Source: Epiperipatus broadwayi
Taxonomy: Eukaryota > Animalia > Onychophora
Length of the DNA stretch: 64,000 nt
Direction: 5' to 3'
NCBI GenBank assembly: GCA_028023455.1
Contig: JAQFVV010000006.1
Span: 18,538,001-18,602,000, forward strand
Shown here in pieces: positions 53,797 to 64,000 of the stretch (positions within the stretch are counted from its first letter, which is position 1; every line of letters starts with the position of its first letter). The notes under the pieces are model-generated. The model was given only the letters and a program-made list of their open reading frames with translations, did not search any database and had not been told where the DNA came from. Made by a program: the position numbers and the translations under genes.

Positions 53797-54050
53797 TAGA
53801 AAAAATTAACTTTATTTAAATATTTCAAATACATTCAGCTATAGCACACAGGTTAGTAGATGCATGACATTTCGAGAGGTATTATTCTCCTCTCTTCTTC
53901 ATGTGATTTGGCCTGACCAGTGGTAGTACTAGCATGGGAATTGAACCTGGGCCCTTAGATTCTTGGATATTGAATTTTGAGGTAATGCTCTAATGAACTG
54001 AGCCATCCTGCCAAACACAGCAGTCAGTAGAAATAGTCCAATATATAAAT
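53797..54050 (-). repeat. Solo PLE terminal repeat (tRNA-like head + HHR-like motif) with inverted tail
   Basis: Reverse complement of about 6485-6725. It is followed by a plus-oriented GAAATAGTCCAATAT tail (cf. 6750-6774) joined at a GAAAT microhomology. Confidence 0.85.
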
Positions 54051-54584
54051 ACAATTAATGATACCTGTTTATTTTGTCATTCAAGTATTTTGTTTTTGGC
54101 ATCTTTTTATTACTCCCAGTGATCTAAAGTTTTACATTGCTCTTATGTTAAGTGTCCAATTCTGCTCCACAAGAAAGAATTAGTCCATAGGTGGAGTTCT
54201 TACTGGAAAGTCATCTTCCTCACAGCTCGCACAGAATGGCTCAGAAAGGTTGGTTTTGGCAGCAGCAAAATGTGCCTTTTATATTTGTTTGGCTCTTTAA
54301 AGGCTTTATTTTTCTGCTAAAATACTCTTTCATTCACTAAATCTCAGATTTAGGGTATTTTTTAACAATTTCTCTATGTCTACCCTGTGTTTATCAGCAT
54401 TTAACTACCTCATCCCCCCCTCCCATTTGGTGGGTAGTTCAATTGTTTCATGGATCATAAAGGGTTTTATTCCTTCTTAGCCACTCAGAATTTATTTGTA
54501 AAGTTTTTTGTCGGTTTTTCCAGTTATTTAGGCCATTTTTAACAATCCTTTTTTTCAGACCCCCCCCTCCTCTAGGATAATTAC

Positions 54585-54649
54585 CTGCCTAAAATTCCAC
54601 TCAATTTTCTCATCTGAGTAATGAGAAAATTGAGTGGAATTTTAGGCAG
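54585..54649. repeat. Perfect 29-bp-stem hairpin with 7-nt loop
   Basis: CTGCCTAAAATTCCACTCAATTTTCTCAT-CTGAGTA-ATGAGAAAATTGAGTGGAATTTTAGGCAG. Confidence 0.93.
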
Positions 54650-54839
54650 AACAAGTTTTCCTGTGTTTTTTTTTTTTTGCTTTTACATCAATATATTTAA
54701 TTTTTCCATTTTAAAATTGTTTCCTTCATTTTACTTTTCATTCTTTCAAATGATTTAAAGATGGCCACTGCCTCTAGCAGAAAAAAACGTGCTCAGTCCT
54801 AAACTACATGAACTAAAACCTTCAAAATTATCCAAAGTT

Positions 54840-55290
54840 TATCCAAATCGAATTTCAAACAAACTCCTTGCCCTCTGGTCTTTCCTCAGTTTTAGGCTGT
54901 GGTTTGCTCTAGCAAAGGTAAAAAGCAAGTCAAAAAGAACATGACCAATCATCACGTCATTCCAAATACAATGGAAAAAATTAAAATTACTCATCCACAA
55001 AGGACAAAAATCAGCCTGTTGCATCTAAGCATAACTCAGAAACCTCCTCATTCATCCCTGGAAGCTCTAAAGACTTAACATATAGCAATTCCTTTAAAGT
55101 TAATGTCACATATGGATCCTCCTATTAATCCACCAGTGCAACAAAGCCTTGCAATATTGTTCCTTACCAAAGACTTCTTTTCCTGACTACACACCCTTTC
55201 CATATCCTTTTCCATTTCATATGTATTCCCTTCCTTCTCACCATATTGTACTTGAATTTCATTTTGCCATGTAATCATTTCTTTGTAAAT
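54840..55290 (-). mobile_element. Possible old non-LTR retrotransposon 3' remnant
   Basis: Minus strand RNNIARLCCTGG followed by Cys-containing residues resembles LINE C-terminal ARLR.G..C..C regions; weak. Confidence 0.25.
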
Positions 55291-55689
55291 CTTTTTAACT
55301 GTTGTGTATTTTGTCTTTTTGATGAATAAAAGCTTTCATCACAGAGGGAAAAAGAAGAAAGAACTCGTTAAATATTATTGAAAATCTTTCTTTTCATAAC
55401 ACATAGGCATATTTATTTTTAATGCTATGCTATTTCTATCAAAAACTTTCTACATAAGTTTTAATTTGAAGATTAATTTTATTCATTATATTTACATCTG
55501 TATTAATAATTTGACCCAAATCTTTGGAAGTTGTTAATTCATGATTATCAATTTTTATTTTCTTCCAAGAAAATTAATTGAATATTTATTTTTAATTCTG
55601 CTTTTTTATTTTCATAATAATTCTTGTAACATTTCCACCATCTGAAAAAAAAAAAACAACTTCCTGTTTTAATTCATAAAATTCTTTTT

Positions 55690-56170
55690 GGAGATATGGA
55701 GCCATTCAATCACATCAGTGTTCATCTCTTTTTGTAAAGACTAGTATTAATCACTGTGGAAAGTCTTTTCGCAAGTCTACAAATCCAAAATATAATGGCA
55801 ACTTATATTTGTTGGTCATTTCTATAACTTTTTCCAATATTTGGATGTGATATTCTATGCTAAAGTCATATTTAATTCCAGCATGGTTTTGTGATATTGA
55901 TTTGTGTCCAATGTTTACTGTAGACGAGTTGTAATTATTCTGGTATTCATCTTGTGTAGAATTGATGAAGTCTGATTAATATCTCTTTATTATCTTTTTT
56001 AAATATCAATATTACATTCTTCTAATCATCTGGTAGATCTTTATCATTTAGATATTTGGCATATAGGTTTTACCAATAATTTTTCAGTTTTTTCACAGCC
56101 TTTTTTAAAAAAATATCAACAATAATTTCATCATTTCCTGAAGCTTTCCATTCTTTTATAGATTTAATTG
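55690..56170 (-). mobile_element. Older, degenerate RTE family B fragment
   Basis: Similar to 18595-19200 (GGAGATATGGAG, GTAGACGAGTTGTAATTAT, TCTAATCATCTGG, TCATTTAGA.ATTTGG). Confidence 0.7.
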
Positions 56171-57577
56171 CATAATTAATATGTGCAGGGTCAGATTATA
56201 TTCTAACAATCGACTATACATTTACACAATAATTTGAATTGTCACATACACATGAGTTTTAATAAACAACATAACGAGTTTATTTACTCTGAATAATATA
56301 TTGTACTGTATTTTATTCTAGTACAAGTTGCATTGGCAAGTTAGAAGTTAAATTACTAAATTCCTAAAAAGAGAATATTTTTATTTAAATATCTGATTGA
56401 TTTAGTTTAGACAACGTGGTTTTATAGATTTGTGTGTGTGTGTGTGTTAAAAGAAATCGAATAGAAAGAAAGGATATAAAGAGTATAATAAAAACAAAAA
56501 GGGAAACTACTTTGTATTTTTGTAAAGATAAAACAAACCTATATTATGAAGCCATTACCCGTATGTAAAATAAAATCGCAGCATTCCTTCGGTAATTAAA
56601 AAAGGCGACCCAAGAAAAAAAGAAAAAACTTTGTGGGCTAAATTACATTAAATTTGGTCTAAATTAACAGGTGTCAACAGGAGTTGCACAGAGGCTAAAA
56701 AAAATCAGGATTATAAAAAGAAAAACACATCGTGCGTCAAAGTCCTGAAATAAAGTTGTTCAACATGTTAAATCATACTAAGATGTGTGAGTAGAAAAAT
56801 TAGTTTGCTGGTGTTGCTTTTGCCTGAGGTCATGAACTACCATGAGTGAAGCTTTCTCCTACTAAATCTGAAACCATGGAGTGCTTGTAGACTGCAAGAA
56901 TATGGAATAGCGGCGGATCCTTTCCAAGATAAATCCATGCATGGTAAATTTTATAATATTATATGTGAACAGTTAAACTTACCGGTAAGAAACTTTATCC
57001 AAATATCAGTGATCACTTTCTCTTGAATTCTAAGTATAATAAACTCGTTTTGAGTCGTATCAATTAAAATAAAATCTTATCAGTAGTTTTAATTCCTATT
57101 TATTTCTCTTATATTTTATTCTCTCTATAATAATATAAATATTTCATTATGTATCAATAAATTTAAATATAACTTAAAGTTGGTATTTGTTGTTGATTAT
57201 TAGTTGTCTAAATTCATTTAAAATTAACCATTATTATAATTCGATTAAATAAATTGCCGATGCTGTAATTGAAAACACAATCCTCCGGATATTCCAAGTA
57301 ATTTTATCATGACCAAATAAATAGGTGAGGTTTGACTAGTGGATTCTTACATAGAATCCTGGCACCTTTTCAAATAAAGTAAAAACTGGTTCTCTCCTCT
57401 CTATATTATTATCAACTTTAGTTACGTTTAGCAGGTTGTGTGACCAGGAAAAATAACTGTGTTCGATAAAATTCACTGAAATTTTCTGAAGAAAATTTAT
57501 CAAATTGGATGTAATTTGGTCACCAAATATGAGATAATTAACTCATAAAAATCCTAATTATAGCATGGGCGTTACAA

Positions 57578-58140
57578 TATATTAGTAATTAGGATTAGTA
57601 GTTCAATTGGCAACTGGCTAATTGAAAGCAATAAACAATATTGATTGCAGAATATTTCATATCTCTGTACATAGACAAATAAATAAATAGTTAGTTAGAG
57701 TTCATCTCTAACTCCATGTTTTACTAAAATCTTTATTTCAATAACTATACATTTTGTTTAACTCCTACAATTTTAGACAGTCATTTAGTAGCAATTTCTA
57801 GTAAGCATCTTTTTGCTTTCTTGAGACAGTCTAATTAGATTTGACTGGGGCTCTTTTTATTACTAATTAATACTGGTCTGCAACAGCTCTATTAGCTTGC
57901 ACTCTAGTCGGCTTTTTACTTTTCCCTCCTTCTACTGACTTCATTCTACATCTTCATTAGATTCTCCCAGTCTGCTCTCATTAGAAGTTCTGCAAGCATT
58001 TTATTAACATTGCTAATTTGCATATTGTTAGATTTTATTATAATGCAAACTAAACTGTTGTTATTTAAATTGTTCTAATTCTTTTTTCTGTATATAATTA
58101 CTTCTAGAATGATTCAATATTGCTTGAACTGACCAGCTTG
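57578..58140. repeat. Dispersed repeat family Y (probably LINE-derived), copy 1
   Basis: Colinear over ~560 bp with 62745-63310, in direct orientation. Confidence 0.85.
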
Positions 58141-59004
58141 TGTACACACATGTATACTATGATAGGACTCTGCTATCTCAGTATCTAAATTATTATAAAA
58201 CATTTAGTGGTTGGCAAAGTAAAAGTTACATTAAGATTTTTTTTCTTATATTTATATTATATACACACACATTGACAAAGATCTGCATTTATAATTTGAT
58301 CAATTCTATTTTAGTTTGTAAAAAATAAACTTTTTGTAACTAAAATTATTTCAAATAATTTGTTTAAAATTTATATTATAGGAACAAGGTACTTTGGTAT
58401 TAGAGCTGCAATGTAGGGGAAGTAGATTTTTTTCACACTCACAATAAATGTGTAATGTCACAATGACATCAAATTGAAAGGAAATAAACTCTGTGAGTAT
58501 CCACATGGAAACGTGTTTTTATCTTTATCAACGCAATCTTTTTTTTTGTAACACTTCGATACTTTCAGTTATTGTCCAGATTTCTCTCTGCCATACTTAA
58601 CGATATAAAAGAAATGGTTCTGCCAGGATAAAAACCTAATGAAAATCTCATAATATGAATTTTTTTTGCGTGTTTTTTTTTTTGTTTAAGTTGTTTATAA
58701 AAACAAATACATTCATTAGTATTTTTTCCCAGCATCCTCTGCAATTGCTTGCTACATTTTCGGAGGGAAAATTCTTAGTAGAGATCTCCATTTTCTGTAG
58801 TAATATTAAATGTTTTGTTTCAAGGTGACAATTCCTGTTATATATTACATGGTAAATATCGTATGAGTATACTTAATGTGTTTTTAATACATTGTACAGG
58901 TTTAAACCTGCATTTATATATGTAATATATGTGGGATTCAAACTCAGACTTTCACATGGCCCACTACTTTCATTGCCATCTCATATTGCTGAGCCACTTG
59001 ATCA

Positions 59005-59500
59005 CACACATGTTGTAAAGTGTTTTTATAAATATTATTTAAAAACCAAAGTCATTTACTGTTTGTTTAGTAACAATTTTTTTGGATAATGGCATCATTT
59101 CATTAAGATTGCAAATCACTTTTTTTTAAAAATTGGCTTAAAAGCTGTTAGTGTGAATGTCTTTTTATAAATATTATTTAAAAACCCAAATCATTTACTG
59201 TTTGTTTAGTGAGTATTTAAACTAACACTTTTTTTGTGTAATGTCATCATTTCATTAAGATCACAAATGACATTTTTTTTTGCTTTGAAATGTCATTCTA
59301 AAAAGTTGTTAGTGTCAATCTCATACATATTTGAATGTCTCTTTATTTAAAAACCAAAATCATGTACTGTTTGTTTAGTAACAATTTTTTTGTGTAATGC
59401 CATCATTTCATTTAGATATCAAATCACTTTTTATTTTTTATTTCAATTGTTGTTTTTAAAAGTTGTTAGTGTCCAAGTCATACATATTTTAATGTCTTGT
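59005..59500. repeat. Three degenerate tandem units of about 150-185 bp
   Basis: The motif ATTTAAAA.CCAAA.TCAT.TACTGTTTGTTTAGT..TAATG.CATCATTTCATT.AGAT..AAAAG.TGTTAGTGT recurs three times. Confidence 0.88.
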
Positions 59501-59570
59501 TCAAAATTATACATTTCTTATTGAAAATGATAAATATGTTTATGTTTTTACTTTTATTTATTTTTAGTTT

Positions 59571-59806
59571 TGCAACACAGAACATGTATTAGATTTACGG
59601 TGTGCCTGTTCACATTCATACCAGGCTCATGATAACTTTGTAAATCTTGCCAAAATATCATGTACAAGATCCATGTACATGTATGTTTTTTGTCAAAAAA
59701 AGCCGTGTACGTGTTATTTTGGTCAGATCCCAAGATTACAAAGTTATCAACAGATTGCCATAAATGTGAACAGGCACAGTAGGTCTAACACATGCTCCGT
59801 GTTGCA
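59571..59806. mobile_element. MITE-like element (~236 bp) with ~45-bp imperfect TIRs
   Basis: TGCAACACAGAACATG..GTGCCTGTTCACATT / AATGTGAACAGGCAC..CATGCTCCGTGTTGCA, plus an inner IR GATAACTTTGTAAATCTT / AAGATTACAAAGTTATC. Confidence 0.8.
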
Positions 59807-60007
59807 GATCTAATACCAAAGTACCTGGAGCAACACTTAATAATCTATAAAAGTTTTCTTAATTATTATTATTATTTTTTAAAAGAAGTTAAAACTTACA
59901 AAATCAATTTCTTCTTTTATTAAACCTTGTTCCTAGTTTTAATTTTCTAAGGTTATTTATAAACATACAAATTTATCAAATTAACAAGATGTTTGCTAAA
60001 TCTATTA

Positions 60008-60195
60008 AATGAAAATAATTATTGGCTTAACTGGTTAAGAAATTTTTGATAAATTGATTGAATGGAAATAATTACTGGCTTAATTAATTAAGAAATTTTT
60101 GGTAAACTGATGGAATAAAGATATTATCTAAGTTTAAAAAATGTAATGAGGTAATTACTGACTTTATTAATTAAAATTTTTTGATAAATCAGTAG
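60008..60195. repeat. Degenerate ~55-60-bp tandem repeat (2-3 units)
   Basis: AATG.AAATAATTA.TGGCTTAA..TTAAGAAATTTTTG.TAAA recurs. Confidence 0.6.
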
Positions 60196-60219
60196 GTTAA
60201 TTAATTAAAATTTTAATGA

Positions 60220-60520
60220 TATATAAAGACCAGCTCAGCATTATAAGATTCATTCTGCTTTTGTCATCAAGTCTGCTTTATATTATGATCATGATCTTTG
60301 CCTCCTTAGCATGATATATTCAGAATTTTTACCAGCAATCATTTACAAACCACGAGCAGCTAAAGTGCTAAAAAATGAAGTACATAGTCTATAGTTATTA
60401 AAAATCCAACTTTATTTGCTAAGAAACCAACATAATGCTAGCCACCATCAAATCTGTAGTTCAACCGGCACTTCACAATATGAAAGAACAGTTTTAGGAC
60501 AAACTCTCTTTACAACATTA
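60220..60520 (-). mobile_element. Degenerate hAT transposase remnant (ZNF862/ZMYM1-like type)
   Basis: Minus strand, with one indel, gives FDGASIML, followed by HFLAL*LLVV, resembling the hAT motifs DGAS.M.G and HC.AHRL.L. Confidence 0.4.
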
Positions 60521-61702
60521 AAAAAAACTCAGTAAATAAAAGGCTGCATGTGGAAACTACTAGGGAAACTATTGTAGATCTATATAGCATTCAACTTTTC
60601 TGGAAAATATTGCCTTCATCATCTTTTCCCTGGGACTTCAGGTAAACTTCTACTTATGAACTATTTTATAAGATATTACCAATAGCCAGTGGTAGATAGT
60701 TTAAATGATTGTCATTTTATACTTATTTATTTCATTAACTATTTTTTATTAAGGATTGTTTTAACATTTTATCTAACACAATGTATCTGATAACATGATA
60801 GCTTTACTTTTAGTAACAAAAACTAGTTTACTTCTAATTTTTTTCTTTTTTTTCTTCTCCTTGATAAAAAAAAAAAGTTTTATTAGAAAGAAAATAGCTT
60901 CTGCTAGAGATTGTTTAATTATGGTCCAAGTTTTAATGAAAAGTTTTTATTTTTAAAAAAAGTTTTAAAAAGAGATTTTTTTTCTCTCTTATATTGTATA
61001 CTTCTTATTTAATAATTAATATAATGCGTCTGAAGATTTTAAAATCAGTACTATATGTGTGTGCTTGACTCAATGTGCACATAACTATAGAAGTCATTGA
61101 TAAGAGGATTAAATTGATTACCACTTTTACATGTTTATTCTGTTTGCGCATCTGAAATTAAAAGAATTTATATGTGTGTGTATGTGCATTGTCTATGTCG
61201 ATCTTGGATATTTATTTACTATGTGAATTTATTATAAGTTTTAGCTCCCGTGATTTTTATTATTATTCCTGCTTGAGGGACTCTCGGTTAATAACAGTTT
61301 TATATGTTAGCTTCAATTTCCTTAGGAGCATTTGCCTAAGCCTAACATCTTTGATGCACCATAGTAACTGGTGCCATAGTGTCTCAGCAATATGATCCAT
61401 TGTCTTGATTTTCTTCACTAATATTTATAATCTTAAATTATATTTACATATGCTTTCATCTTGTGATTGCATTCTTCCATGGAAACGAAGATGTATTAAA
61501 AATTTCGATGTTATTGGTTTAAAATAGTTATTTAATTTTATCAATAATTCTTCCTACAGGATTTTGTCTGACAGCTTTGGATCATATAAGTGATATGCTA
61601 ATTGTAGGACCTCCTGTCCTGACATCCATAAGAGGGTGGAACTTTCTACCAGTCATTAATAATCCTATTTATTAATGTGTATTTCTCTATATGGTTTAAT
61701 AG

Positions 61703-62480
61703 CATGAAATGCTAAAAACCTTCGGCAGATGGGCTTTAAAAATGCTTTTGTGACAGCCAATCAGATGTAACAATGACTGCATGTTGAACTCTTAATTCTA
61801 AAACACTAGCCAGAACTATAAGAAAAAAAGATGGGACCCAGCTTCTTCTATGCATAAATTTATATATAAATAAGCCAGACTCGAGTATCTCGAACTAAGA
61901 GTGTGAAGCTTAAAAGACCTTCACATTTAATTCACTAAATATTATATATAAATGAACAATGTGAAATCTTTCGATTTACTACGAAGCAGTTTTCAAATCT
62001 AATGAAATGATAGTACCAAATGTAAATATATTAAATTAATAAGCATTTTTAAAGCGCATCTGCCGAAGGTTTTTAGCCTTTCACATTATTACTGTTAACT
62101 GTTTGCACTTAATAAATTTAATATATTTACATTTGATACTATCATTTCATTAGATTTGAAAATTGCTTTGTAGTAAATCAAAAGATTTCGCGTTGTTTAT
62201 TTATATGTAATATTTAGTGAATTAAATGTGAATGTGTTTTATGCTTCAAGCTCTTAGTTCGAGATACTTGAGTCTGGCTTATTTATATATAAATTTAAGC
62301 ATAGAAGAAGGTGGGTCCCATCTTTTTCTTATAGTTCTGGCTTGTGTTTTAGAATTAAGAGTTCCATGTTCAGTCATTGTTACATCTGATTGGCTGTCAC
62401 ATAAACATTTTTAAAGCGCATCTGCCTTTGATTTTTAGCCTTTCATGTTATTACTGTCAACTGTTTGCACTTAATAAATG
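61703..62480. repeat. ~745-bp palindrome with an internal inverted terminal segment
   Basis: Arms at about 61703-62035 and 62110-62447 pair. The central 62040-62115 segment is directly repeated at 62404-62480. Confidence 0.9.
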
Positions 62481-62679
62481 TAATATATCCATATGGTTTA
62501 AGTATATTTATCACAATCCTGGATTTTTCTCATCAATCCCACCGTTCTGCATTTCGCTTCGTAAATCCAAATCCCTTTATATGCATAGTCAAATCTTTTT
62601 ATAGATTCCGATGATTGCATTACTTAATGTGTACAGAACCAAACTATAATCTAGCAACTGTACATCTATAAAATAATTC

Positions 62680-63310
62680 AAAATTCTCACATGCAGACAA
62701 GTTTTAATAAATAACATAATGAGTTTATTTATTCTGAATAATATATATTACTAATTAGGATTAGTAGTTCAACTGGCAACCAGCTAATTCAAAGCAATAA
62801 ACAATATTGATCACAGAACAATTCATATCTCTGTACATAGTCAAATAAATAAATAATTATTTAGAACTCATCTCTAATTCCACAATTTATCAATATCTTT
62901 ATTTCAATAACTACCACTTCTATAATTTCATACACTCATTCGCTAGCAATTTCTAGTAAGTATCTTACTGCTTTCTTGAGGCAGTCTAATTAGATTTGAC
63001 TGAAGCTCTTTTTACTGCTAATACTGGTCTGCTCAGCTCTATCAACTTGCATTCTACTCTTCAAGTTTTCACTAGTCTGTTTTTCACTTTTTTTTTCTCT
63101 TTCTACTGACTTCATTCTAACATTTTTCTTCATTACATTTTCTCAGACTGTTCTCATTAGAAGATCTCAAGCATTTTATTAACATTGCTAATTTGCATAA
63201 TGTTAGACTTTATTATAATGCAAATTAGACTGTTGTTACTTAAATTATTCTAATTCTTTTTTCTGCATATAATTATTTTTAGAGTGACTCCATATTGCCT
63301 GTATTGACCA
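62680..63310. repeat. Dispersed repeat family Y, copy 2
   Basis: Colinear with 57578-58140; its 62680-62750 part also matches 56235-56310. Confidence 0.85.
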
Positions 63311-64000
63311 GTGTATACATATATATATATCTTTTATTAAAATAAATACACAATTAATCAATACACAACAATATCTTACTTTTTTATTTAAAATGCTTCA
63401 CAATTCAGAAGATATAGTAATTATAGTAATTACTTAGTTGTTTTTTTTTTTAGTTCTATTACTATATAATTCTTTATAGAACTCTTCCACCCTTTTTGTG
63501 GTGTTGTTAGTAATATATCTATCTTTTCTTTTTATTGCTATTTTCAATGTTTTCAAAGGAATTGACATATGCTTATTATATCTGCAAAATCAATCATATG
63601 ATGCCCTGTTTTTCATTTAAACACCCAAGGGATGTAAAATAACATAAATCAGAGATTTGACTTTTTTAGATTTATTATTGATTCTTTTGCTGTTGAATAT
63701 TTTTATTAAGGATTCCGTCTGTCTTTCTGATTTTTTATTATAATACTATATCGATTTAAAATCCAAGCAGAGTTGAGGCAGTGTAATTAACAATCTGAAT
63801 AAGCTTTATCAAGTCTGATAGTTTCAAATACTTGCTAGATTGGGATTTGATGGGATATATTAACTATTGTTGTTGATAGTAAACTCAAAGCTAAAAAAGA
63901 TCCAGAAACAATAAGTAAAAAAAAAAATTTAATCAGGTAAATAATTGGAAGTATAGTATTCATTTTGCTATTAGGGATGTTTGAATGTGTAATCTTTTAA

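Noticed and set aside
62055-62090. CTGCCGA-AGG..CCT hairpin as a hammerhead
   Set aside because: The GAAA half of the core is missing.

Overview
AT-rich, CpG-depleted animal genomic DNA (inferred invertebrate, probably arthropod; species not determinable). The window lies inside one large + strand gene, an unconventional myosin-XVIII (MYO18A/Mhcl-like). Three coding exons are visible (9386-9596, 24184-24284, 24364-24429), covering the end of the motor domain through the SH2/SH1 helices into the converter. Neither the preceding exon (..QV) nor the following exon (IFFR.G..) was found, so the flanking introns appear to be >9.4 kb and >39.5 kb. The introns are filled with decayed transposons: a Gypsy LTR element, a 2.4-kb palindromic Penelope-like element (PLE), two RTE LINE families including a chimeric junction, hAT and pogo/Tc1 remnants, MITEs and tRNA-derived SINEs. 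The most striking unexplained structure is a high density of fold-back palindromes. Several carry minimal hammerhead-ribozyme (HHR) motifs of the PLE type, and one PLE terminal-repeat family places a tRNA-derived Pol III promoter about 30 nt upstream of the HHR motif. Most ORFs in the supplied track are spurious or antisense to TE frames. All alignments were done by eye, so identities and TE boundaries are approximate.
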